From NCBI GenBank assembly GCA_038867615.1, contig JAWBYA010000002.1, forward strand, positions 64,001 through 128,000: 64,000 bases of DNA. The letters run 5' to 3'. The notes below the pieces were generated by a model, which was given only the letters and a program-made list of their open reading frames with translations, did not search any database and was not told the origin of the DNA. Origin of the DNA: Sulfolobales archaeon. Lineage in GTDB: Archaea; Thermoproteota; Thermoprotei_A; Sulfolobales; AG1. The position numbers and the translations under genes were made by a program. Shown here piece by piece: positions 21,266 to 30,983 of the stretch (the first letter of the stretch is position 1; each line of letters opens with the position of its first letter).

Positions 21266-23023
21266 CTAGTAGGATCCCTTGACCCTTGGGTTTGCTATAG
21301 GCTCTAGGGATCTTACCAACATGTATATTGAGAGCGATATAGAGCCGATAAAGATCCCTGGTATGGCTACCCACCACCAAGCATCTCTCCATGCACCGGT
21401 TAGACGTGCTTGGTTAAGTATACCTCCGAGGGTGTAGGTATCCTGCGCACTAACGCCCAGAAAACCCAGAGTTGCCTCTGCAAGTATCGCGTAAGCAATA
21501 ACGCTTGCAAAATCCAACAATACTAGCGGGAGTACAGCGGGCAATATATATCTAGCAATGATCCTTAGGTGGCCGGCCCCGAGGGCTCTTGCAGCCTCTA
21601 CCATCTGGCTTGATGCTACCGTCATTGCCTGGGATCTTATGATCCTAGCTGTTGTCCTCCATATAAGAACCGAGATAGCTATTATAACAGTCATCATGCT
21701 CGGTCTCATGGACATTGCAAGCAATATCGCGAAGGGTTCGAGCGGTATTGTATATACAAAATTTATTATTGTGTTGAATATCGAGTCAACCTTACCCCTG
21801 AAGTATCCGGAGAGCATACCAACCATAGATCCTATTGTTGTTACAGCAGCAGCCACTGCCACCCCTATAAGGAGTGACATCCTAATCCCCACCATGATCT
21901 GTGCCATGAGATCTTTACCATAGTAATTGGTTCCAAAAGGATGCTCTAGAGAGGGCGGTTCAAGGCTTGCTACAAAGGCTCCATATGATAAGAGATAGAG
22001 ATTACCATCGATCATAATGGCTTTCTTAACACCACTAATCCCTCTAAGCTCTTTCACAGATAAAGCACCAGTACCAAGATCTATCGATACAACAGAACCT
22101 TTAGATCCTATCGCTAACACGCCACCACCTGTGGGAACAACGTGTACAAGATCATCAACCACACCAGTAATAACAGGTGTTATGGTGTCGCTCGACAGGA
22201 TCACCGTGGAGCCGTATCTACCAGTAACGATCACCTTGCCGTCTATGCATGCAGCACTAAGCAGATCCTCGAATACTGGCTGATACGTCTTTACACCCTT
22301 ACCCTCAGCATCTACTACCGAGACCCTACCGCTAGGTCCTACGAAGACAAGCCACGATCCACAATCAACAGCCCACCGAGGAACCCATCCCAACTCGGCT
22401 ATAACAGAAGAGCCGCTATAAGAGTTATTATGACTAACCCTCGCAAGATTAATCCTACCCGTGTTATCCCACCAAACGATCCCATAGTTAGTGGGGATCA
22501 ACCCCTCTACCCGGCTCGAAGCTCTAAGCACTTCCCTCAGGCCTGATAACGCATTACCGCTATACATGGCCACATATATCGAGCCTCCGTCACTGAGGAT
22601 AACAGTATTGTTCACAATGCTTATGCTACTCACGTCACTCTTTAACCCAAGCATTGTGATACTCGGCTTGCTAACACTGTGAGAAAGATCCACGAGATAT
22701 AAAGATCCCCCCGAGCCTTCCTTCTCAACAGGCTTGGCATAGAAGATAAAACCCCTATCAGTAGAGGCTGATACTGTGGCGGAAATGCCCTCGAGTGTGT
22801 AGACCTCTCTAGCCCTGAGCCCGTCGACCATATATACTGATACTCTGTATCTATAGAACACAGTATCGGGATCTACTTGATATAGTAGAGGGCCTAGGAT
22901 TCCGAACAGGATTAGCGAAACCAATGCTATGAGTGAGGCAGCAGCGGCCCTCTCGGATAGGATGATCCTTAACACCTGCCCAACACGCCCTATATATCTC
23001 GACATAAATCTCCCAGTATTCAT
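21266..23023 (-). CDS. Peptide ABC permease (DppC/OppC) with about 300-aa extracellular insert
   Basis: PPSLEHPFGTNYYGKD, R.SLLIG, EAARALGA (EAA), AEATLGFLG, WWWV..PG. Confidence 0.9.
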   Translation of the reverse strand: MNTGRFMSRYIGRVGQVLRIILSERAAAASLIALVSLILFGILGPLLYQVDPDTVFYRYRVSVYMVDGLRAREVYTLEGISATVSASTDRGFIFYAKPVEKEGSGGSLYLVDLSHSVSKPSITMLGLKSDVSSISIVNNTVILSDGGSIYVAMYSGNALSGLREVLRASSRVEGLIPTNYGIVWWDNTGRINLARVSHNNSYSGSSVIAELGWVPRWAVDCGSWLVFVGPSGRVSVVDAEGKGVKTYQPVFEDLLSAACIDGKVIVTGRYGSTVILSSDTITPVITGVVDDLVHVVPTGGGVLAIGSKGSVVSIDLGTGALSVKELRGISGVKKAIMIDGNLYLLSYGAFVASLEPPSLEHPFGTNYYGKDLMAQIMVGIRMSLLIGVAVAAAVTTIGSMVGMLSGYFRGKVDSIFNTIINFVYTIPLEPFAILLAMSMRPSMMTVIIAISVLIWRTTARIIRSQAMTVASSQMVEAARALGAGHLRIIARYILPAVLPLVLLDFASVIAYAILAEATLGFLGVSAQDTYTLGGILNQARLTGAWRDAWWWVAIPGIFIGSISLSIYMLVRSLEPIANPRVKGSY

Positions 23024-23988
23024 TACCTCTTCACCCTAGGATCTAGGTATGAGTAGAGAATATCGGCTACCGTATTGCTTGTTATAATTGCAAGAGACAT
23101 TATAGCGAAAATACCTTGTGCAAGCGGGTAGTCAAGGCTATTGAAGGCTATAACCAACTCCCTCCCAATCCCGGGCCATGAAAAAACTGTCTCGAAAGCA
23201 ACAGAGCCAGCGAACGAGAGCCCTATTGTTATGCCTAGCTGTGTTATAAGGGGTAGTATGCTGTATCTCGAGGCATCCCTCATAACCCTTCTTTCGCTAT
23301 GACCCACAGCCCTTAAGGTCATTATGAAATCCTCCCCCATGGTCGAGATCATCGAAGCCCTCATCAGCAGCGCGGGGCCTGTCATTATATATAGTGTTAG
23401 CACCAGGTATGGGAGGATCCAGTGGTATAGGAAGTCGAGGCTTGCTATCTTGTCTATGAAGCTAGTTGCTTCATAGGGTGGGGTTCTCATACCACCTGGT
23501 GGAAATATCCTGAGCTCGACTGCAAACACTATGAGGACTATCAAGCCTATCCAGAACAGGGGGAGGGAGTGGATAAGCGTGAGGATCGATAGTACTGTCT
23601 TCTCCACCATACTACCTCTCTTCCAAGCCATATAAGATCCTATGAGCCATGCGGCCAGATAGGCGGTCGCTATAGCAGGCATAACAAGGATCATTGTGCT
23701 GAGGAGTCTATCCACCACTATCTCCTTGACAGGAACCTTGTATAGAAAGGAGAACCCCATATCTCCTCTCAGAAAGTTTGTTATATAGAGCACGTATTGC
23801 TCGTGGAGTGGTCTATCCAGCCCGAAGGATCTTCTTATGATCTCTCTCTCCTCAGGCCCAAGCCCTTCTCTCAGATATATTATTGTTGGATCTGGGAAGG
23901 CGAGTCTGAAGAGTATAAACTGGAATGTGAGAATAGCTATATAGAATAGAAAAAGAATAGCGACTTTATACAGAACCCTCGGGATCAT
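23023..23988 (-). CDS. Peptide ABC permease (DppB/OppB)
   Basis: FGLDRPLHEQY..Y......GDMGFS, ETVFSWPGIG, DYPLAQG, YSYLDPRV; start set at ATG 23988. Confidence 0.93.
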   Translation of the reverse strand: MIPRVLYKVAILFLFYIAILTFQFILFRLAFPDPTIIYLREGLGPEEREIIRRSFGLDRPLHEQYVLYITNFLRGDMGFSFLYKVPVKEIVVDRLLSTMILVMPAIATAYLAAWLIGSYMAWKRGSMVEKTVLSILTLIHSLPLFWIGLIVLIVFAVELRIFPPGGMRTPPYEATSFIDKIASLDFLYHWILPYLVLTLYIMTGPALLMRASMISTMGEDFIMTLRAVGHSERRVMRDASRYSILPLITQLGITIGLSFAGSVAFETVFSWPGIGRELVIAFNSLDYPLAQGIFAIMSLAIITSNTVADILYSYLDPRVKR

Positions 23989-23995
23989 TATCCCC

Positions 23996-25789
23996 TTAGT
24001 CCCTCTTAACCGTATAGTTAGCCGGGTAATGTATCTTGCCAGAAGCATCCCAGGTGAAGCCAGCCATTGCCAGAAGCTCTCTAGCCTTGGTTAGATTATA
24101 TGTGTATGAGAGGGCGTTTGGGTTATGCCAGAAACTATTAATCGGCGCTATTATATATCCCTTCTCACCATAGCCCTTGAGGATCACATTTATTATGTGG
24201 TCATAGGGTACCGCGTAGAGCAGGGCTTGCCTCACTAGCTTCAGATCAAATGGCGATCTTCTAACATTGAACATCAGATCAGCGTTGAGGGCAAAGCTCC
24301 TACCCTTGATAATAGATATGTGGTCATACTTGCTCAGAACATCTATATGGCCTGGGAGAAGACCTACAGCCGTGGCATCAGCCTGACCAGTTATGAGGGC
24401 GTTCACAACACCCTCGAGATCGCCGTAGATCCTTATAGTGATCCTCGAGACCTTTATAGAGGGCACCTTGAAGCCTCCGGCATCAACACCTTTGTATGCA
24501 AAGTGATCTGGGAACACCTCCATCGATATATACTCCTTTCTAACCCACACAGGGTTTCTGAAAGGCCCTGACCCTACTTTGAGCACCTGGGCCAATTGAT
24601 CCTCGCTCAATGCTCCAGGATCCTTTATATTCTCCCACACATGTTTAGGCAGTATTGGTATCATGTATAGCGAGTTTGTCACGAAAGAAGCATCGGGCGA
24701 CTTGAGGTAGAACCTAACAGCTGTCGAGTTTATAACCTCAACTCTATCTATGTTTCTGAAATAGGGTCTGAAGTAAGCGAAATTGTTAGCTATATAGTAG
24801 TCAAAGCTAAACTTAACATCCTCAGCAGTTATGGGTTTACCATCGTGGAACTTAGCATTACTCCTAATCTTAACATCAACAGATGTTGGTGACACAACCG
24901 CCACACTCTCAGCAAGCCATGGTACAGGCTTACCATCGGGCCCTAGTCTCACTAGGCTGTCGTAGACAAACTTGAGAACATACCACGAGAATATGAGGGT
25001 TGCTTTGAGCGGGTTAATGCTATCAGGCTCCGTGTTAGCAGCATATATAAGCTCCTGCATACCGCCAGCAGCTGGGGTTATGAAATATGGCTGCCACTCG
25101 TGGAACAGAGGTACTCCAGGCATTGATAGCGGGTTAGACCACTTCTTAGAGTTATATGCTGCTATGACGAACGTGTGGTAGAGATTATACCTCGGAGCAT
25201 CTTCGTGGAAGATCTCCTGCAGCTTATGCACAATACTCCTCCTCTCGTTAATATCAAGCGTCACCCTCTGCAGATCGTATAGCTTATCATACTCAGGGTT
25301 AGAATAGCCAGTGGGGTTATTAGCCCCCTCACCCTTCTTGCCGATCTCTGCTGTGGTTATCAACCCCAGGAATAGGTTTGGATCGAGCCTATCGATCCTC
25401 GCACCCCAGCCGAAGACACATACATCGAAATCCCACTCATAGTAACACTTCTTATCAACCTGGGACGCCTCTAAGCCTATTACCTCTACCTCGAAGCCCA
25501 GCTTCCTCCACTCAGAAGCTATAGCCTGTATAGCCGCCCACCTCTGTGGATCCTCAGCCTCCGTAGTTGTTATTATAACTATCTTCTGCACAGGCGGGCC
25601 CATAGCTGGTGTTGGAGGTCGAGTTACCTGTGGGCTTGTTGTTGGTGTCGTTGGTGTTGTTATCTGTGGCGAGGGGGGAGCTGGTGTGGAGGGACCGAGG
25701 AACATTATGTAGGAGATCCCCCCGAGCACTGCTACTATGACGATTACTGCCAGGATTATCGCCCAGATTTTAGAGAGACCTTTCAAAAC
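23996..25789 (-). CDS. Family-5 peptide-binding protein, membrane-anchored, apparently circularly permuted
   Basis: N-terminal TM plus P/T linker; VYDSLV..PWLAES, FHDGKPITAEDVKFS, VGSGPF, Y.L.KA.ELL..AG; start set at GTG 25789 after GGAGGT. Confidence 0.9.
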   Translation of the reverse strand, partial: VLKGLSKIWAIILAVIVIVAVLGGISYIMFLGPSTPAPPSPQITTPTTPTTSPQVTRPPTPAMGPPVQKIVIITTTEAEDPQRWAAIQAIASEWRKLGFEVEVIGLEASQVDKKCYYEWDFDVCVFGWGARIDRLDPNLFLGLITTAEIGKKGEGANNPTGYSNPEYDKLYDLQRVTLDINERRSIVHKLQEIFHEDAPRYNLYHTFVIAAYNSKKWSNPLSMPGVPLFHEWQPYFITPAAGGMQELIYAANTEPDSINPLKATLIFSWYVLKFVYDSLVRLGPDGKPVPWLAESVAVVSPTSVDVKIRSNAKFHDGKPITAEDVKFSFDYYIANNFAYFRPYFRNIDRVEVINSTAVRFYLKSPDASFVTNSLYMIPILPKHVWENIKDPGALSEDQLAQVLKVGSGPFRNPVWVRKEYISMEVFPDHFAYKGVDAGGFKVPSIKVSRITIRIYGDLEGVVNALITGQADATAVGLLPGHIDVLSKYDHISIIKGRSFALNADLMFNVRRSPFDLKLVRQALLYAVPYDHIINVILKGYGEKGYIIAPINSFWHNPNALSYTYNLTKARELLAMAGFTWDASGKIHYPANYTVKRD

Positions 25790-25874
25790 ACCACCTCCAA
25801 ACAAGTGTGACAGGGGCGATTTATATGTATGGGATAGAAATACCTATACTTGCTCAATTGAGGGAAAGATCTTC

Positions 25875-25896
25875 TGGGTATAGCGAATTATACCCA
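25875..25896. promoter_or_regulatory. Candidate operator, inverted repeat TGGGTATA-N6-TATACCCA
   Basis: Perfect 8-bp arms about 85 nt upstream of the peptide ABC operon. Confidence 0.4.
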
Positions 25897-26044
25897 CAAC
25901 ATCAGTATAAGGTGTTATTTAATTAATAAAATAAACTCCACTCCTAGGATATATCAACAATGGTAAGCTGTACCATGACTCGCAATGATATTGTTAAAAA
26001 CACCTAAACATGTGTTGTTTACCCGCGTTTTTAGGCCTCTTCTA

Positions 26045-26971
26045 TCAGATCCCCTCAAGGTTTATTGCTGAGAGCACCCTGTCTATTCTCTCTAAATGCT
26101 CTTTAGAGAGTCTCCACCCGAGGCTCCCCAGGTTATCCACCAAATGCTCCTCTTTTGTGGTGTTGAATATGGGGAAGACGTTATCCTTTATCAGCAGCCA
26201 GTTGAGCACAACCTGGGCCGGGGTTTTTCCTATCTCTGAGGCTATTGCTTTTATCTCGCTCACCAAGGGTTGTATGGCTTCAACAACCTCTGGTTTTGCT
26301 AGCCTGTACCATCTATACTCATCCCTGATCTCTTTTCTACCTATCAGGAAGCCCAGGGCTAGTGGATCGTATGCTTGAACCGCTATGTTTTCTTGAAGCA
26401 TATATGGTAGTAGTTCTTTCTCGATCTCTCTATACAGGATGTTATAGTGAACCTGATTCGTAGCTATATCTGTCCTTGATAGATACTCCCTAGCCGCTCT
26501 AAGCATTGGTAAGGGGAAGTTACTCACACCTATATATCTTATCTTCCCCTCACTCCACAGCTTCTCCATAGCCTTCAGCGTCTCCCTCAGAGGTACGTAG
26601 TGGTGTGGCCAGTGGATCAGATATAGATCTATATAACTGGTTTCAAGCCTCTTAAGACTAGCCTCAGCAGCCTTGATCACGTCGTGATATCTGAGATGAT
26701 CATAGGATACCTTGGTGGTTATGAAAAGCTCATCCCTCCTATAACCCTTAATAGCCCTCCCAATAACCCTCTCAGAAAGACCATTACCATAACTCTCAGC
26801 AGTATCGATAGCATTGATCCCTAGATCTATTGCTTTTCTAATCACCTCAACAGCCCGATCCTCGGAAACTATTGTTGGCGCCCCAAACTCCCAGGATCCG
26901 AGGAACAAGGGCGAGATCTTCTCACCAGTCCATCCAAAAACTCTTCTCTCAACAGGCAAGCTAGACACCAT
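26045..26971 (-). CDS. Aldo/keto reductase
   Basis: IDTAESYGNG.SE, TTK, IDLYLIHWP, IGVSNF, NQV.Y; start set at ATG 26971. Confidence 0.95.
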   Translation of the reverse strand: MVSSLPVERRVFGWTGEKISPLFLGSWEFGAPTIVSEDRAVEVIRKAIDLGINAIDTAESYGNGLSERVIGRAIKGYRRDELFITTKVSYDHLRYHDVIKAAEASLKRLETSYIDLYLIHWPHHYVPLRETLKAMEKLWSEGKIRYIGVSNFPLPMLRAAREYLSRTDIATNQVHYNILYREIEKELLPYMLQENIAVQAYDPLALGFLIGRKEIRDEYRWYRLAKPEVVEAIQPLVSEIKAIASEIGKTPAQVVLNWLLIKDNVFPIFNTTKEEHLVDNLGSLGWRLSKEHLERIDRVLSAINLEGI

Positions 26972-27337
26972 TTGATAAAAAACATCGAGGCTAATGAAGA
27001 CAAGCCAGAAACACTCCACTCTAAATTCTATCAATATTTATTATTAACTCCCTTGATATTCTCAATCTGGTGATGAGCGCTCTATCCAGTGATCTGTGAT
27101 CGATATAACCCCGTCTGAAAGATCTAATGCCTATAGATCCATGAATAGTTAACAAAGCTAGAATTCCTATATACATCCTCAACATCGATCCAAGGATGAT
27201 CTGTGGTGACAATAAATCGGGATTCCATAAACCCAGATCCTAATGATATAATCATAAACGTAGTGGAGCCTAGAGATCTATCCTAGCACACAGTCAAGCT
27301 TATAGGATGTTTCTAATTATATATTTCTGGAGACCCA

Positions 27338-28330
27338 TTGGAAGTTCAGATTTTCCTCCTCCTGCTAAGCGGTATCGCGATAACATTTCTCGGCGGGCTT
27401 CTCTTCACAAACGCCATAGAGTATGTTGGTCATAAGGCTAGATGGACAGGATCCTTCACGGGAGCGGTGGTGGCTCCTCTCTTCACCTCAATGCCGGAGC
27501 TCATAATATTTCTAGTAGCTCTCTACGTCTATGGAGGAGATATTGGCGAAAAGATAGGTGTTGGCACGATCCTCGGACAGCCATTCATGGCTGCAACGAT
27601 AATCTTTCCAACTATGTTCTTAGTAGCCTTAGCTGGGTATTTGCTGAAGAGACGTCACGACCTTGTGTTGGAGGTTGAGAGGATCCTGGTGATCCCATAC
27701 ATAATATTCACAGTACTATACCCACTAGTCCTCCTACCTCTACTACCTATAGGCTATGGAAAGTATGCCGCAAGCGCCGTGTTACTCTTATCCTATATAC
27801 TCTATACTGGCATTATGTTTAGATCTAAATCGATGTTGATCTCGGAGGCGGAGGAGATCTACCTCAAGAGAGTGTTTAGAAAAGGCTCCTGGATCCCTAT
27901 GGTAGCTCTCCAACTAACCATCGCAGTCGCTCTCCTAATCATGGGGTCGAGAACCCTTGTCTCAGGGATCGACGATGCTTCGAAAAATCTAGACGTAAGC
28001 CCGATAGCACTAGCCATACTGGTAACACCCCTAGCCGCTGTGCTTCCAGAATCTATCACCGCAGTGATATGGACATTTAGGGGGAAGGACACCCTAGCCG
28101 TTGCTGCAATGATTGGGGAGAAGGTTCTCTACTCAACATTCTACCCAGCGATCGGTCTTATACTCACAGAGTGGGAGATCGATTCCCACGCGATACTGAG
28201 TGTAATAATAGTGGAGATCACATCCCTAATAATCCTCTACCACGTGTGGAAAGGCAAGCTAACGCTAGATGTCGCAGCCATAGGTTTGGGTGGATATATG
28301 GTCTTCGCGATCTACGCGTTTCTCTACTAA
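27338..28330 (+). CDS. CaCA family (Na+/Ca2+ exchanger-like) antiporter
   Basis: Two alpha-repeats: PLFTSMPEL and PLAAVLPES; about 10 TM. Confidence 0.85.
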   Translation: MEVQIFLLLLSGIAITFLGGLLFTNAIEYVGHKARWTGSFTGAVVAPLFTSMPELIIFLVALYVYGGDIGEKIGVGTILGQPFMAATIIFPTMFLVALAGYLLKRRHDLVLEVERILVIPYIIFTVLYPLVLLPLLPIGYGKYAASAVLLLSYILYTGIMFRSKSMLISEAEEIYLKRVFRKGSWIPMVALQLTIAVALLIMGSRTLVSGIDDASKNLDVSPIALAILVTPLAAVLPESITAVIWTFRGKDTLAVAAMIGEKVLYSTFYPAIGLILTEWEIDSHAILSVIIVEITSLIILYHVWKGKLTLDVAAIGLGGYMVFAIYAFLY

Positions 28331-28371
28331 TCACGCGCTAAGCACAAGCATATGTTTCCAGCATCATATAG

Positions 28372-29862
28372 CTATACATATTCTCTGTGTATTGTTTTAG
28401 CCATATCGATCGAGATGCTTATCTCGTGATACATATCTATAGCTCTCTCTATAGCTCTGTTCCACCTAAGGATCGGTGGGTATGGTCTTCTAAGCATAGC
28501 CCTAAGCGCTGTTCTCCTCATATATTTGCAGAAACCCTCGGCTAGATTTCTATCAACACCCATCTCTGCTAGTCTTTTACTACAGCTGGGCTCGCTGAGC
28601 CTGGTTCCGGTGACGCTGTATATGATCTCATCTATAGCTCTATATATCTCTAGGAAATCTTTTCTCCCTAGCTTCTTTTCACCCAGATCCTTAGTACTCT
28701 TACCACTAACCAGCTCCTCAGAACCAATATATCTAGCATCTATCGGTGTGTCTACTCTCCTAGCAGGTGTTTTTGACAGCAATACTAGGGATATGATTAG
28801 AACGGAAGTACTTATAATAAGGATCTTTGCTAGATTTGATATCGCTATTAACCCCCTCATTGTATTGTCGGCTTGTGATACTAGTGGTGGGAACCACGTT
28901 GATGGGTGTATTATCCTCGCTATAGCTGAGGCTAAGAACTCAGGAGTTACGAGGAGCGCTGGGTTCACACCACGGTTTATAAGTGACACGGGATCCCCTC
29001 CTATGTATTTTGAGGCATCGATCAACACCAAGCAGTCCGCCTGATCCATGCATAGATGCCTCAGAACACCCTCATAGAGCTCGAGATACTTATCTCTATA
29101 CTGGCTCCTCATAATCTGGTTTAGAAAGATAGAGCCATCGCCTATCGTAAAAACAGTAACGCTACCGAACCTCTCCTCCATAGCTATTGTGACGTCTAGA
29201 TATATCCTCTGAGTAGATGTCTGCCGCGATTCCGTCTGGTTAACAATATAAGCTGCTGGAACAACTCCCGACACCAAGACCCCGTGTCCCTGATCTACAC
29301 CCTCGATTATTATTAGGCGTGATGCTATATCCAGGGTAACCCTATCACTATAGCCCCACGATGTGTTGAAAACCGCTGCTGGGTATGGGAGTCCGGTCGA
29401 TGGATCAAGGATCCTTGTACCCTCAACCCTGACACGAGACCCTATAGCCTCTAACAAGGAGTTGGTATTACCACTCTCATCGGCTACTAAGAATCCTAGG
29501 GATCTGCACTGGGATAGCTGTCTAACGATCTCTTCGGCTTCGTAGTTGGAGTACGGAATCTCAGGCGATATTGTGATCATAACAGCATTTTTACAACCAG
29601 CGATGATGTTTCTAACCATGCTCCAGTTGGTGATAATAATCGTGCTGGGATACATACCCTTCGTCTCCGAGTAAAGGTCGCTTGCACCTAGAAGACCTGT
29701 ATTGAGCGGAGAAGCCCCCGTATAGATCATGATTCTAGGAGGTCCTAGCTCAAGCACTGCTAGAAGCCCTATGAGGGTTAGGAATACTATCGTAGCTGCA
29801 CCAACGAGGATCTCGGTGTTCACACCCTTTTTCCTAGTATTCGCCTTGGAATCACTGCTCAT
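28372..29862 (-). CDS. DUF4350-like membrane-anchored protein of MoxR operon
   Basis: ASPLNTG..G.S, ISPE.PY, LVADE.G..N.LL, IGDGSIFLN; start at ATG 29862 (ATGA overlap). Confidence 0.7.
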   Translation of the reverse strand: MSSDSKANTRKKGVNTEILVGAATIVFLTLIGLLAVLELGPPRIMIYTGASPLNTGLLGASDLYSETKGMYPSTIIITNWSMVRNIIAGCKNAVMITISPEIPYSNYEAEEIVRQLSQCRSLGFLVADESGNTNSLLEAIGSRVRVEGTRILDPSTGLPYPAAVFNTSWGYSDRVTLDIASRLIIIEGVDQGHGVLVSGVVPAAYIVNQTESRQTSTQRIYLDVTIAMEERFGSVTVFTIGDGSIFLNQIMRSQYRDKYLELYEGVLRHLCMDQADCLVLIDASKYIGGDPVSLINRGVNPALLVTPEFLASAIARIIHPSTWFPPLVSQADNTMRGLIAISNLAKILIISTSVLIISLVLLSKTPARRVDTPIDARYIGSEELVSGKSTKDLGEKKLGRKDFLEIYRAIDEIIYSVTGTRLSEPSCSKRLAEMGVDRNLAEGFCKYMRRTALRAMLRRPYPPILRWNRAIERAIDMYHEISISIDMAKTIHREYV

Positions 29863-30983
29863 GGGGCAACACCCATAGCCCTTACCACGAGCTCTGCAAC
29901 TATCCATGCATCTCTATAGTAGGCGGTTAGAGGGCTGAGCATGTTGTCAAGGCTGGGTGAGGCTGGGAATCCTATTGATACTCCTGCTAGGTAGGATATA
30001 GCATATATGCTTACTATAACTAGGGCTAGAACAGCTATCCTTCTAGGCGTGGGTTCTCTCTCCTCGCTAAACATGCTTCTCGAAAGGATACTCCATATTG
30101 TTAGAAACAATGCTAAGCCCATCGCCCCCAGAGCTATCCTTGAATATAGATCCTCCTGTCCGCTCGGTACCACTAGACCAGCTATTCTCAGGGCTTCCCT
30201 AACTATATAATATACAGGGGGTGTGATCACCGACGAGAGTACAAAGCCTCTTAAAGAGCTGAGGGGTGGTTTTATCCATCTCAAGTCAATAGATCTAGAT
30301 AGATCTGCGAGCGCAACCCTGGGACTGGGGATCACGTAAGAGACTATAGCCTCCGTAGCCTGTCTCGTCAACATATAGAACACCCCGAGCAGTATCGATG
30401 CTGTTAATATCGAGCCCACGGGATTGCTATTGAGGAAAGAAATAACCGGTGATAGATAGGGACTCACACTGTAAAGCTTAAACGAGAATATATATGATGC
30501 TATATACATAGATACAAACCCCGGAATCGCTATTATAAGGGCGAAGAATAGAGAGAAACCCTTCACAAGATCCTTTAAACCCGCCTCATAGCTGACTATC
30601 GGGGCTGCTTTGACCCCTCTATAGTGGTTTCTCACAACATCCATCACAAGGATCACGAATAAAACAATAATAGCCTGATAAAGCCCTACAGTTATGAGGA
30701 GATTGCCCCCCGATAACGATCCTGGCAGGATTACTAGGGAGGTAAAGAACAGTGTGAGCGTATATAGAGAGGGGGAGGGGATTATAAGCGTGGCTATGCA
30801 GCTGATAAGGGATACTAAGAGCAGTATCGGTATCGATGCTATATCAAGCCTGCCCCCTAGTATGAGCTGTGGTATTGATAGTATGAATGGAGCCTGCTCT
30901 ACTGTTTTTAGCGATATGGGCAATAGGATCGGTAGGATCGAGACTCTCGGTATGATTTCCGCAATTACTTTTAAGATCCTCAA
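29859..30983 (-). CDS. Polytopic membrane protein of MoxR operon
   Basis: 374-aa ORF with about 9 hydrophobic segments; overlaps both neighbours by 4 nt. Confidence 0.75.
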   Translation of the reverse strand: MRILKVIAEIIPRVSILPILLPISLKTVEQAPFILSIPQLILGGRLDIASIPILLLVSLISCIATLIIPSPSLYTLTLFFTSLVILPGSLSGGNLLITVGLYQAIIVLFVILVMDVVRNHYRGVKAAPIVSYEAGLKDLVKGFSLFFALIIAIPGFVSMYIASYIFSFKLYSVSPYLSPVISFLNSNPVGSILTASILLGVFYMLTRQATEAIVSYVIPSPRVALADLSRSIDLRWIKPPLSSLRGFVLSSVITPPVYYIVREALRIAGLVVPSGQEDLYSRIALGAMGLALFLTIWSILSRSMFSEEREPTPRRIAVLALVIVSIYAISYLAGVSIGFPASPSLDNMLSPLTAYYRDAWIVAELVVRAMGVAP

